From contig CM082590.2 in assembly GCA_040954595.2 (NCBI GenBank), positions 9,115,764 through 9,179,763 on the forward strand: a DNA stretch of 64,000 nt, read 5' to 3'. Below are positions 41,219 through 53,957 of this stretch, one piece after another. The position numbers and the translations under genes were made by a program. A model generated the notes under the pieces. It saw only the letters and a list, made by a program, of their open reading frames with translations. It was not told the DNA's origin and made no database searches. Each line of letters begins with the position of its first letter. The first letter of the stretch is position 1. This stretch comes from Balanoglossus misakiensis (lineage: Eukaryota; Animalia; Hemichordata).

Positions 41219-42043
41219 ACTGCTGGAATTACTGGACAAATAGCATATTTAAACTCCACTGGAGGCCTATGTACAGCACTCCGCTCAGGACAGCTGATAC
41301 TTTGACCTTTGACCGCGTGCAGCGCCCGCAACGCCGTTGGGTGTTTCATGATGACCTTATGATGACCCAAAACACCCAGCCTCGTTCAAGGTACTGCTTT
41401 GACTTTCAAATCAAAAGTACAGACAGACAATCGCGGTTTATTTGTAATAACTAGTACTAGGAATAGTTCCACAGTATTTGAAGATGAAAAAGATTCATTT
41501 TTCATATTGTTAAACCAGGGAAGCGCCAAGGTCAAAGGAAAATTCATGCTTTTATATCAGCAAATAAAGACAGTATCAATCAACGTTGAAAATTACTTTT
41601 ATTTCAAACAAAGCAAAAAAACAAAGAAAAAAAGTTTCTTGACAAAACATTTATATGTCACTGAATGCACTGATTAGCCCAATGCCTTTCAAGTCAGAAA
41701 GTTGAAAACTTTTTTGAAAAAAGGGGAAAAAGTGAGGTTTTAACTGTTGAATCATATCAGACATTGTCAATATTAAACTACGCAACACATATACACTACA
41801 AGTAGTACTGGAAAGAATATAATATTCATATCAATAATACTGACCAGCTCTGAAGTTGAATTTTCGCATACAAACAGTATGATACACAGTACAGCAACTG
41901 AGTGATCTGGGGTAATCTTGTAATTGTTGCTTTGTTGATAAAAGAATTAAAGAACATAACACATTTGAATTTTTTTTTAAATCACATTACATCAATAATC
42001 AAGCAACTAGCTATCATTGTTCAATCTATCATTAAGTATAGTA

Positions 42044-42219
42044 CAGTAAAACCTGTCAAAACAGAACCCTGTCTAATCTGGAAACTTGTCTATACCAAAC
42101 ACCTTTTCTTGTCCCTTTGACATAGAATCACATGTTGAAAGAACCTCTATAAACCAGACACCTATTAAACCCGGAGTTTCTTCAGTCCCTTTGGTGTTCA
42201 GTTAAGACAGGTTTTACTG
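42044..42219. mobile_element. Tc1/mariner-type MITE (TIR CAGTAAAACCTGTC)
   Basis: TA|CAGTAAAACCTGTC ... GACAGGTTTTACTG|T. Related pieces at ~60924-61005 and ~61160-61329 in HDHD2 introns. Confidence 0.7.
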
Positions 42220-42569
42220 TTAATATACACACCAAATTTCTTTCTTTGGTATTAACAAAAAAACGCCAAACTATTCAAGTCTCTTTCACAGGTTGTCAAT
42301 GTATGCACCACCTCTTGATAATCAAAAAATGCTAAAGAATTCAATAATATACATACAAAACAAGGACCTAAAAAATCAACATGCATTCTCACCATGTCAA
42401 AGTGTTTATTGACAGTAAGTTGAAAAGTGAAGCTTATAGATTTCCTCCCCTGGTACCCCCGTTTCCCTTCAGAGAAGTCCAACTTTACCACAGGAAACAA
42501 TGGGTTTGGACCGAACCATGATGGTGAAAGGTGGTTAATTAATGGAAGTGAATAAATGGTATGTCTTGT

Positions 42570-45500
42570 TCACAGGTTTGCAACGGCATTTGCAACCTCT
42601 TTATAATCGCAATGCTTTCGGCTCATATGTTTTTCGAGGTTTCTACGGCGATGAAAGCCCTCGCCGCAAATCTTGCAGACGACTGGGCGTACCCCCGTAT
42701 GTTGCCGTCTATGGACGTAGAAATTGGCCTTGTTGTTAAAACTCTTGCCGCAATCCTCACATAAAAATGGTTTCTCTTTTGTGTGGACGACCTCGTGTTG
42801 ACGCTTGTGTTGCAGACGCTTGAAACGTTTCCCGCAAATCTCGCACAAATAACGCTTGACCGACTTATGGGTGAGTTTGTGCCCCCTAAGTGTACATAGC
42901 GTCTTAAAGCACTTCCCGCACTGATCACACATATACGCCCTCTCATTCGAATGCGATAATACATGAAATCGAAGATCACATCTTCGAAAAAATTCTTTAT
43001 CGCACACCTCACATGTGAAGTTTCTGATGAGAAGATGCTTCTTCTGCACGTGCAAATATAGTGAGCTATACTTCCTGACAGTTAAACCACACTCCCTGCA
43101 TCGAAATTCATTGGAGGGGTGTGAGTCTTTCAAATGTTGAGTCAAATTAGCCCAACTCGAGCCACAAACATAGCACATAATTTTCTTCTTGCTATGAACA
43201 GGACATGCGTTGCTTCCTGAATTTTCCTCATTCATAAATTGTTGACCATCCACACTACATAAACATTCTTTGGGCTTTGTTTTCCCATGTGACTTCTTAT
43301 GAATCTTCAATAAAAGTTCATTATCGCATGTTTTTTCACATTGTAAGCATTTATAAACTATTTCCCCATTCTCGGCTATCTGTATCTCGCCTATATCATG
43401 CATCTTTTCATGCCTATTCAGAAGAATATCAGTGCTAAACGTTTTGCTACATCGCGAGCACTGTTTCACTCTCTTTGTTTTCTGTCTCAACTTCCTACGG
43501 TAATGCTGACTTTTATGCCTCTGCAATGTAAGTGCATTATCACATGTTTTTTCACATTGTAAGCATTTATATAACATTTCTCCATTCTCGGCTATCTGTA
43601 TCTCGCCCGAATCGTGCATCTTTTCATGCCTATTCAGAAGAATATCAGTGCTAAACGTTTTGCTACATCGCGAGCACTGTTTCACTCTCTTTGTAGTCTG
43701 TTTCAACTTCCTACGGTAATGCTGACTTTTATGCCTCTGCAATGTAAGTGCATTATCACATGTTTTTTCACATTGTAAGCATTTATATAACATTTCTCCA
43801 TTCTCCCCCATCAGTATCTCGCCTGAATCGTGCTTCTTTTCGTGATTTTTCAGCAACATCACATTGATAAACGTTTTGCTGCATCGCGAGCACTGTTTCA
43901 TTCTCTTCGTTTTCTGTCTCAACTTCCTACGGTAATGCTGACGTTTATGCCTCTGCAATGTAAGTGCATTATCGCATGTTTTTCCACATTGTAAGCATTT
44001 ATATAACATTTCTCCATTCTCCCCCATCAGTATCTCGCCTGAATCGTGCTTCTTTTCGTGATTTTTCAGCAACATCACATTGATAAACGTTTTGCTGCAT
44101 CGCGAGCACTGTTTCATTCTCTTCGTTTTCTGTTTCGACTTCCTATGGTGATGCTGCATTTTATGCCTCTTCAAATTATCGCATGTTTTTCCACATTGTA
44201 AGCATTTATATAACATTTCTCCATTCTCCCCAACTCGTATCTCGCCCGAATCGTGCTTCTTTTCATGACTTTTCAGCAACATACCATTGATAAATGATTT
44301 ACTACATCGCGAACACTGACTTGGATTATGTTTCGTCTTCTTATGCATTACCAGTGCAAGTGCACCACTGGCGTGACTCCAGGTTTTTCCACAGTGTAAA
44401 CATTTATAAACTATTTCCCCATTCTGGGCCACTTCTATTTCACCTGTATCATGCATCTTTTCGTGCCTTTTCAGCAAAGTAACAGTGGTATATGATTTGC
44501 TACATCGTGAACACTGATACGCTCCCTTTGTCATTTCCCCATGAGTGGGCTTATGTTTTCCAAATGAATGCACATTATGGAACGTTTTTTCACAGTGTAA
44601 GCATTTATAAACTATTCCCCCATTCTCGGCCATCTGTATCTCACCCGTATCATGCAACTTTTCGTGCCTTTTCAGCAAAGTAGCAGAGGTATATGATTTG
44701 CTACATCGTGAACACTGATACGCTCCCTTTGTCATTTCCCCATGTGTGGGCTTATGTTTTCCAAATGAATGCACATTATGGAACGTTTTTTCACAGTGTA
44801 AGCATTTATAAACTATTCCCCCATTCTCGGCCATCTGTATCTCACCTGAATCATGCAACTTTTCGTGCCTCATCACCAAAGTAGCAGAGGTATATGATTT
44901 GCTACATCGTGAACACTGATACGCTCGCTTTGTCATTTCCCCATGTGTGGGCTTATGTCGTCCAAATAAATGCACATTACGGAACGTTTTTTCACATTTT
45001 AAGCATTTATAAACTATTTCCCCATTCCCGGCCACTTGTATCTCGCCTGTATCATGCATCTTTTCATGCCTTTTCAGAAACATATCTTTGAGAAATCTTT
45101 TACTACATTTTGAACACTGTTTCCCCTCTTTTGTTGTGTTTGTTTGAATATAGCTACGTACAGACAAGTCCATTTCCGAACCATCATGCCAAAGCTCATG
45201 CACATTTAATAGCTTCTTATTTTTGAACGTTGCCCCACATTGATCACATTTGTGCTTATTTTCCTTACATTGCGTTGTTTTGACAACCGCGACTTTTGAT
45301 TTATGGCGTGGCTTTGGAGCCAATTTTCCAATTTCACATTTATCAGTGTCGGTATTATCTGAATTCCTTTCTTTGGAATTGCTGTCAGAACCCTGGATGT
45401 TTGCTGATTGTGCTTTTGTGTGCGCACCCTCACAGTTTGCTGCTTGATTACCTGTGTTTGTATTTTCCTGTTCAGGTGACACCAAGATGTTGTTTACGCC

Positions 45501-47307
45501 CTCAAAGTCTGTTGACTGGGTATTGACGCTTTCAGTGTTGCCTGTCGTGTCACTTGTACTCATGCTTGTAGACTCAGGCTGTGAATGGCTATTTTCTGCA
45601 CCATATTCAGCTTCATATTCAAGCCGTTTCTTTTCAACACATTCAGATTCCTCTGCAGCAATTGAGTCACCAACTGCTAGTAGATTGGAGCTGAACGTCT
45701 GTCTAGATACAGGATAGTCCATTTCCGAACCATCATGCCAAAACTCATGCACATTTAATTGCTTTTTATTTTTGAACGTTGCCCCACATTGATCACATTT
45801 GTGCTTATTTTTCTTACATTGCGTAGTTTTGACAACCGCGACTTTTGATTTATAGCTTGGCTTTGGAGCCAATTTTCCAATTTCACAATTATCAGTTTCG
45901 GTATTATCTGAATTCCTCTCTTTGGAATTGCTGTCAGAACCCTGGATGTTTGCTGATTGTGCTTTTGTGCGAGCACCTTCAGAGTTGGATGCTTGATTAC
46001 TTGTGTTTGTATTTTCCCGTTCAGTTGACACCAAGATGTTGTTTACGCCCTCAAAGTCTGTTGATAGGGTATTGACGCTCTCAGTGTTGCCTGTCGTGTC
46101 ACTTGTATTCATGCTTGTAGACTCAGGCTGTGAATGGCTATTTTCTGCAACATATTCAGCTTCATATTCAAGCTCTTTCTCTTCAACACATTCAGATTTC
46201 TCTGCAGCAATTGTGTCAACAACTGCAAGTAGACTATTCCCAGAATTGGGAACAGTTTCAACTTCAAGTCGACCAGTTTCTTTACCGTTTTCACCAACGT
46301 TATCTTCACTTTCATCTTCGTGCCTATCCTGGACTGTTTCATTCACACCAATCACACGAGGTGTTACTTCGTCCCCATGCTGACTTTCAGCAATCCATTC
46401 TGTGATTGGCTGACTGGGATCACTGTGAGGCCAAAGGTCATCAGTCGGATCTCTGATTGGACAATTACTCAGATCAGTAAAAGTAATCCCCTCTTCCACA
46501 ACACTGTGAGGTTCTACGGATATAACACTAACTGGACGTGGATCTTCTTGTTTATCCAATATCTCCACTGATGTTGAACAGTTCTTTTCTGACAATTCTA
46601 CAGCATCATACATGGCAATAAACGGGATTTCATTCTGTTTCTGGAAGGTCACCTCTTCTCCATCTCCTTGTAAAGTATTCTGTGCAACGAAAAAAAAAAT
46701 ATGTCAATAAAATATCACAGGAGGTACACAGTGTCACCTATACAAATTTATCCAGTTACAGTACCACATATATGGGTTGGATGTGAATATGAAATGGTTG
46801 TGGTTATGTTTGTATACCTTTTTTTTTGACAACCATTAGTTTACTGTAAATAGAGTCTTGTATCAGTAGTGTCAGGCAGAGTACACAAACATTAAAGTAA
46901 TGAGCCTAACCTGTATGTCTCACACGACATAATCAAGAAGCATTGAGCGAAATAAAGCAACGCACCTGAATCCACTGAAGATGGTAGGCTTGAAGTCGAA
47001 ACGGCGTTGTTAGTCTCGTCAGATCAGGCGTGTACCTGTTCTTCAACAGAACTGCCAAACACATCTCAGATTTGCTGTCATCCACACGGAGGTCAAGTTC
47101 AACAACGTATCCATGGATACACAATCCTGCCCCGATCTCTAAATCTGATTCTCGCAGGACGCGGTGAACCAATATGGGATACGTCTCAGCATTGTCTTCT
47201 CTGATGTTATTGGAGAGTATTTGAAGACCAAATTGTTGAAATAGCACGTCGTTCATTGCTGCATATTTATTGGACTGAAGCAGTCCATGGCTTGACAATA
47301 ACTCCAT
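42570..47307 (-). CDS. Gene F: ~27-finger C2H2 zinc-finger protein with a distinct N-terminal domain and internal tandem duplications
   Basis: Exons 47307-46966 (114 codons, CAG|GTGCGT donor) and 46679-42570, in frame. A probable non-coding first exon ends at ~47755 (CAG|GTAAGG). Finger count is 2 + 18 (nine pairs) + 7. Confidence 0.88.
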
Positions 47308-47469
47308 TTTCTGGCCTTCTGACGTCACTGTGTATGTGGAAAACACATGATCTCATGAATAATTGTCGCTTTCAAGTTTAAACCTAAAAAACACTGACAT
47401 CTTCAGAAAAGAAAATTGTGCGTGTAATAATGTTCTGACTCAATAAACTGCATAACTGTGAAAACACAG

Positions 47470-48176
47470 CTATTTGGAGTGGGCGTGGGGTGCCACTGTT
47501 GGGTGGGCGTGGCTTGGTGGGGAAGCCACGCCCACCAACCTACATCACAGTCATAGTCACACAGCGCTGTCAAATATGGTGACGCCTGCCCCTGTGGTAG
47601 GTCCGACCATGTCCATTACAACATACAACCACTTCCGCATTTTGAAATGCACATGACTGTTGCCCTGGTAGTGGTACTGTTGTCAGTATCCGATGACTTT
47701 ATCCCCTTTGAATTGCAATTTAAACACGAAGCAACATCTTTCTATGTACCTTACCTGCTGTAAATCAACCGAGAAAGAAGTAATCACATGGAATTAATAG
47801 GAAATTTCCTCTTATTTTCTTGGCGTCTGTAGATGTAGCCAGCCAGCTACGCGCGCCTGGGTGCTCGTGCACATGTCATAGGTCACACTGGGTCACACCT
47901 AAGGTCATGCGCATGCAAATACAAATCCTACCACAGGTGGCGCTGTGCAACGAAGGGCAGACGACAAAATGGCCGAATCCCTTTCAGTTATCCGCGCTCT
48001 CGGTGCTGTCGTCTGCTTTGCAGCACATTTTCAGGATTTTACCGAGCTGGAAATACGATACAAATATGGGAAATCTACAGCTGTACATGTGTGTGGTACA
48101 TTCGTTGGCGTGTTTGGTGTGCACGGAGTCAAATTTGAAAACGTTGACGGAAATCCCGGGACGGAAATTTAGTCAG
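47470..48176. promoter_or_regulatory. CpG-rich, possibly bidirectional promoter upstream of gene F
   Basis: GC/GT boxes (GGGCGTGG x2, CCACGCCC), NRF1-like ATGCGCATGC (~47908), YY1-like AAAATGGCCG (~47966), and a plus-strand donor-like CAG|GTTAGT at 48176. Confidence 0.45.
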
Positions 48177-48485
48177 GTTAGTGCAAAACTACGTTTACCT
48201 CAGTATCGTTATTTTGCGGGTCTGCGGGTCAAGGTGCGGGTCAAAGTGCGGGCCAATTTGCGGGTCGCCCCAAAAACGAATGAGACTTCTGTGCAATTGT
48301 TTCTTGGAATAAAATGAACCCAAAATATAATCCCAGTTCCTCTTATACCATAATAACTTTCGTGAATACCTCGAAAACTACAACATCTTTCAATATTACA
48401 ATGGAATCGACCAAGGATGCTGGCTGCAGTGCGGGTCGTGTATTGCGCAATCAGTGACGTCATGCTTTCCCGCCATCCGGTCAAG

Positions 48486-51400
48486 ATGTCCGCCGACATG
48501 AGGTACGTACCGAGCGATCTTATTCTTTAGAATCGTTATTCATATGCAAAGTATAATGATTTGTATTGTAAAAGATCGTCGTGATTGTATCTATGACTCG
48601 AGCTGCGTGTCACGCACTCAACCTAACCCCATGTAATATGTTTTACGCTAGACTTGCTCAAGTCTATGGGCTTCGTATGCATTATGTGTAGGGAACGCTA
48701 CCCGAAACCACAAGCTCAGTTCCAAATTCGAAACTCACCTCATTACCAAAAACACGCTCAATGTCAAGGCAAGCATGCGCGCAAAAAGTATTGCAATTAT
48801 TTATTAAGACAAAAAAACACCGAAAACACAAAAAGTATTGAGATTTAAAAATCACCAAGCGACTAGTGGGCTAGTCTAGTTTTACGCGTACAAAGTCTAG
48901 TTGATTTTTTCACATTTTGATGACATATGAAGAGGATTTGATCTTCATAATGTGTTATCCTTCGAGCACAGGGGACTCTCCCTCCGCGATTTTGTTTGTT
49001 TGTTTGTTTGTTTGTTGTTGTTGTTGTTGTTGTTGTTGATTTTTGGCATAATAAACAAATACATATTTCTTTATTAATAAATATGGTTTGTTGACATGTG
49101 GCTTAGTGATATGTCCGGGGCCGTGGACCGAAAAAAATGCCAACACTGACCCTAACCGTTGATAATACCCTAACACTTACATGTCAACAAACCATATTTA
49201 TTAATAAAGAAATATGTATTTGTTTATTATGCCAAAAATCAACAACAACAACAACAACAACAAAATCGCGGAGGGAGAGTCCCCTGTGCTTCGAGGTCTT
49301 AAAAGCAGTCTGATATTATTTGTGGGACCATAGTGGAAATAAGTTCTTAACCTTTCTGTGTTATCCCTGCACTTTGGACATTTTTGTTTTTGTTTTTGTT
49401 TGTTGTAGTGTACATTTTAAAGTGAAAAAATACATAAAATCAAATTAACTTGTCAAGCAAGTACTTGCAAAACTTGAATTGAACAATCAGCAGATTGTGA
49501 AAATTGACAATCTTTGCTTGTTTAGAAAATTTTTGTACTAATAGTGATGTTCTTACCACTTTATTTCAGTGATGTCATTCTGATAGGATTTATGAGACAC
49601 CGCAAACCATGGAAGACGTCGTATTTTCAACGAAGATCTCAAGTGAAGTCACTATTTGACTTCCTGGATCTAGATTGTTTCTTAGAAACAAAAACTTTAT
49701 CGCTTGCGAGTGGACAAGCAGAAAAATCATTAGAGGAAGTTTTTGGATCAGTGGAGTATGTTAATCTACAAGTTGTCACAGAAACAGACTGTACCATGGT
49801 TACAGGTATTGGATGACATTTTTGTCCTTATAATTATATACACATGTACTAGTATATCACATCCAATTATGTTTGTACAACACCTCTGTGTTCCTGAAAT
49901 ATGAATGTAAGGAGTCTATCAGATCTGCATGGTAATAGTTAGCATGTAAAATGGAAATATAAGACACAATTTGTGTTGGTTTAGTTGATAGGCATGCCTA
50001 TTTTCTCAAAACATTCATTGATTGCATTATTTGTTTATGTTTCTTTGTCTTAATTTGGAAAATGAGCAAAAGTGATTATAAGGTTTAACCATAGACTCTA
50101 TAGTGTCTTCACTATAGAGTAATGGTTTAACAGTTACTTTTGATGTTATGATGATAATGCATGTTGTTCTCATTTTTCTTCTGATGTTTTTCATAGCTTG
50201 TGCATTTCATTTAACATGTTTGTTTGTTATATGATTGCCAGATGGTGAAAATTGCAATGCCAGTTCAAGAAGTGATGGTGCTCATGCTGCTGTCAATACT
50301 ACTTCTAGTACTACTGCTAGAACTGATGTGGAGATGGAAACTGGAGATACTGCAAGCATTGTCAGTTGCAAGAGGAAAATCAGTTTTATTGAACAAGCAG
50401 AGGCAAAGCAAAAGAAGCCAAGTAAGTAGGGGTTTATCATTACACTTGCATTTCTATTTTTCATGCTACTTATTTATTTTTTTCTGGGTGTTTTCACAGT
50501 TTGTGCATTTCGTTTAACACATTTGTTTGTTATATGATTGCCAGATGGTGAAAATTGCAATGCCAGTTCAAGAAGTGATGGTGCTCATGCTGCTGTCAAT
50601 ACTACTTCTAGTACTACTGCTAGAACTGATGTGGAGATGGAAACTGGAGATACTGCAAGCATTGTCAGTTGCAAGAGGAAAAAAAGTTTTATTGAACAAG
50701 CAGAGGCAAAGCAAAAGAAGCCAAGTTAGTAGAAATTATTATTGGACTTGCAGTAATACAGTTCAGTAACGCTAAATTAGACATTTCTAGTGCCCCTAGT
50801 CTTTCGCGTGGGACATTTTCGTAAATGTTGATGATTTTCTTGAGTTCGTTGGGACGCCTCACCCGTGAATTTTTGGCGTTCCCCTCGCCCTCGCTCATAA
50901 ACAAACGTTAATGGTCAGGGCATTGTCCATTATTTCTATGGTAAATATAAACACAGGAATAACCGCCAATCTACACATGGGATTTAATAAGATTGCATGC
51001 AATGTAAATGTCACTATTTATATAGAGTGGTCATAATGTCTGTTTCTGTTAACACTAGCTGTTCTTCTTTTCCCACATGTACAGACTCAAAGAGAAGATG
51101 GTCCAGACGCCCTCGAGTGATTTACTCAGATTCTGATGATGAGACAACCCATGCATCAGTCATGTCAGGAGACATAATTGATCTTACTGATTCCCCTGTA
51201 AAGAAAGGTGGTGTGATTGATTTAACTTCTTCACCTGAAACAAGAGACAAACAAACTGTGAACAAAGACCATATCTTGGATGAGATGTATGCCCCTTTAC
51301 CTGAAAGTTCTGATAGTTCTTCTGAGCATAGTGGAATTGAAAATACTCCTATAAGAGGTAGAAATATTCCAACAAGTAAGTTTTCAGGTTTAACCCAGAA

Positions 51401-53957
51401 AGATGTCAACCAGCTGCCATATGATATTGATGGAGATTGTGCTTTTTGTTTGAAGTATGACAAAACTCCAGGCAATAGAATGAAGAGTACTGTGGATGGA
51501 AGAAATTGGACACGTTACAACAAATCTTTCACAAAAGAGTTCAGTAAAAATGATGGATTACGGCTACGTGCTAATTGCAAGGGCACATACAAATGTGTCA
51601 ATAATGAATGCCCATTCCAGAAATACTACAACTGTCAAAATTCTCGTCATTGTTTAAAACAGGGAGAAAACGTGGTTTGTGAAGAGTGTGAACAAAAAAT
51701 GAATTTCTTCATCTGTAATGCTGTGAAAATATGGGAGTTTCCAAAGAACAGTGACATGGTAAAAGTTTTCCATTATGGTAGGCACACATGTAATCCTGTA
51801 AAGAGACCCAAATTTCCTACATTACTGCAAGATGCTGTGAAGCTAAATCCCAGCAAAAAGACTTGTGAACTTTCATCTAATATTCTGATGGACGCAGTCA
51901 GAAATGGTGAGTCGCGTGAGAGTGTTGAAGAGATGGCATATAGTTTATCTGATGGGATGAAAGCCAGAAATTTAAAATACAAAACACTAGGAACGCAAGT
52001 ATCATCAAAAAAGTTAGCAGAACTACAACACAAATGTGTGAATACATACAAAGATGAGTTCCTCCTGTATGAATATCAAATAAAAGAACAAAGAAATGGT
52101 TTTTGGTTCATAGTTAAGGGTTCAATCAAAGATGGTAATGTTTGCCTTGAAGAATTCCAAACAGATTGTCCTGAACAATATAAAACTTACATTATAAAAT
52201 CATCAAAGGAAAGAATACAAACAGCAATGCATTTAATGAATAAGGACCACTTTATGAGTGACGAGTGGTCTTTTATGGACTTCAAAGTAAATAGAGTAAA
52301 ATTGAAGGCACAAAAACTAAAGTCTCTTAGTATAAGTACATACCATACCTTACTAAAGAGAGTAGTGTGGCTAGCCCGTATGGATTGTGAGCACGAGGAC
52401 ACAGAAACAGTAGAACTGTTTTTGAATAAAGTTGACGAGATGGTTAGTAAATATACATCAGGTGCAAATACACATTTCAGACCTACTGCTGGTTGGATGT
52501 TGGATGAAGGTGGTGGGCTCCACTGTGGCCTTGAAAAGAAATTTGGAAAGGCATATTGTGATGAGAATGTTGTTACCTGCCGTCTCCATTTAATGCAATG
52601 TGCACTTAGACATGCAAATAGTGCTAATGTTGGTCTGCCAAAGAAAAGTGAAACTGTTACCAAATTTAGATCCCTCGTGAATGAATTAGTGTATTCTGTT
52701 ACTGTAAATGAATACAAGGTATGTTACAGAGAATTGGAAAGTTTCATACAAGAGATTGGAAATAGTGGACTTCTCCGATGGCTGTACTGGTGGGATAAAA
52801 GACGTACTCATGTCATGGAGGCATACAGACCTAAACGTTTATCATGTCCAAATACTAATTTGGCAGAGGTCAGTCATGCGTCAATGACACATTGTGGTGG
52901 ATCTGATCTTACAATAGCAGAGGCAGCAGTGTATGACATAGCAGATTCATTCAAATATGGACAGTTGATAAAGAGTTACAGTGAGGGAACAGCTAAAAGT
53001 GGTGCAGGTCCATCTTATGCTATGAAACTGAAAGCCAAAGATAAGAAAGAGGAAAAAACTGTTGATACACTGATGACAGAGTTACATGAACAATTCATTG
53101 GGGGGAATGGTCCAGTGATGGCTTCAGGCTCTTCATTTACTGCAGATCCCAAAGCATCACACAGAGCAGATAGAGGAAGAGACAATGATGTTAGACCAAA
53201 AGGGAGGTCAAGAACAAATTCCAGTAAGGCATTAACCATGTCTATACAGAAGGCAAAAGAAATGATTAACTACAAAATTACTGAGATAGAAGTAGCCTCC
53301 CCAACTCAGGCAACCTTGTGCATTTCAAACCCACAAAACACCATGTACTTTGTAAACTTTGCAGAAATGCCAACATGTACATGCCCTTTCTCAGAAAATC
53401 AGAATTCAGTTAGGCAAGGTTGTGTCGCCTGTAAACACCGTCTCTATATTCTACTGCAGCTAGGGTACAAGGAAAATGACAAAATTATGTTACAATTTAG
53501 CTACAATCAGAGGGAAATTAGAGATATAATAGCTAAAATTGAACATTTCAAGACTAAATCAAACCCATCTCCTAATGTTAAGTCATTGAAATTACAAACA
53601 GCCTCTGTAACTGACAATGAAATGTATGAAATTGTCTTTCTGCATGGCATAATTAAAAAGTGTTATGGCTGTAATAAACAGTTCACTGATGAAGAAAAAA
53701 GAGAACCCTACAATCTTATAATAAAACACCTTGAAGTAAGACCTATTTACTGCCAAACTAAAAAACAATGGTATATCTCTGGTGCAAAAACAAAACAAAA
53801 TGCATATTATCATCTGAATGTAGGATGTGTACGATTAATCCACCCATGTTTTAACCCCCGCCTTATAATTATACCAGTTAATGTACAGGCGGTTATCACA
53901 GTTGAACAAAGGAGAGTGTTAGAAAATGCTGGGTTTGGACATGTAAGTCTGGGATGA
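48486..53957 (+). CDS. MULE transposase: GCM-like Zn DNA-binding domain + DDE core + SWIM finger + C-terminal PARP-type-like Zn finger
   Basis: Main ORF 50997-53957 is uninterrupted. Motifs: FMDFK (D), WMLDEGG (D), CRLH (CxxH), TNLAEVSH (E), CTCP-x-CKH (SWIM), CYGC...YYHLNVGC. Plausible spliced model: 48486-48502, 49570-49805, 50242-50421, 50545-50724, 51085-53957. The upstream exons are less certain than the main ORF. Confidence 0.82.
48967..49288. mobile_element. Foldback MITE nested in the MULE (CACAGGGG...CCCCTGTG, 7-bp TSD CTTCGAG)
   Basis: Arms ~48967-49099 and ~49179-49288 are reverse complements apart from microsatellite length. CTTCGAG at 48960-48966 and 49289-49295. Confidence 0.85.
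50200..50728 (+). repeat. 303-bp-period tandem duplication containing a 180-nt exon-like segment
   Basis: ORF-track translations at 50235/50538 and 50224/50527 are nearly identical. Confidence 0.92.

Noticed and set aside
47945-48317. Plus-strand ORFs divergent from gene F (MAESLSVIRALG...)
   Set aside because: Short, no recognisable domain, and one runs into the transposon end. At most a non-coding or uORF-containing first exon.
48967-49288. CACAG.. termini as Transib/RAG recombination-signal-like ends
   Set aside because: The heptamer is CACAGGG with no nonamer at 12/23 spacing, and the flanking duplication is 7 bp rather than the 5 bp typical of Transib.
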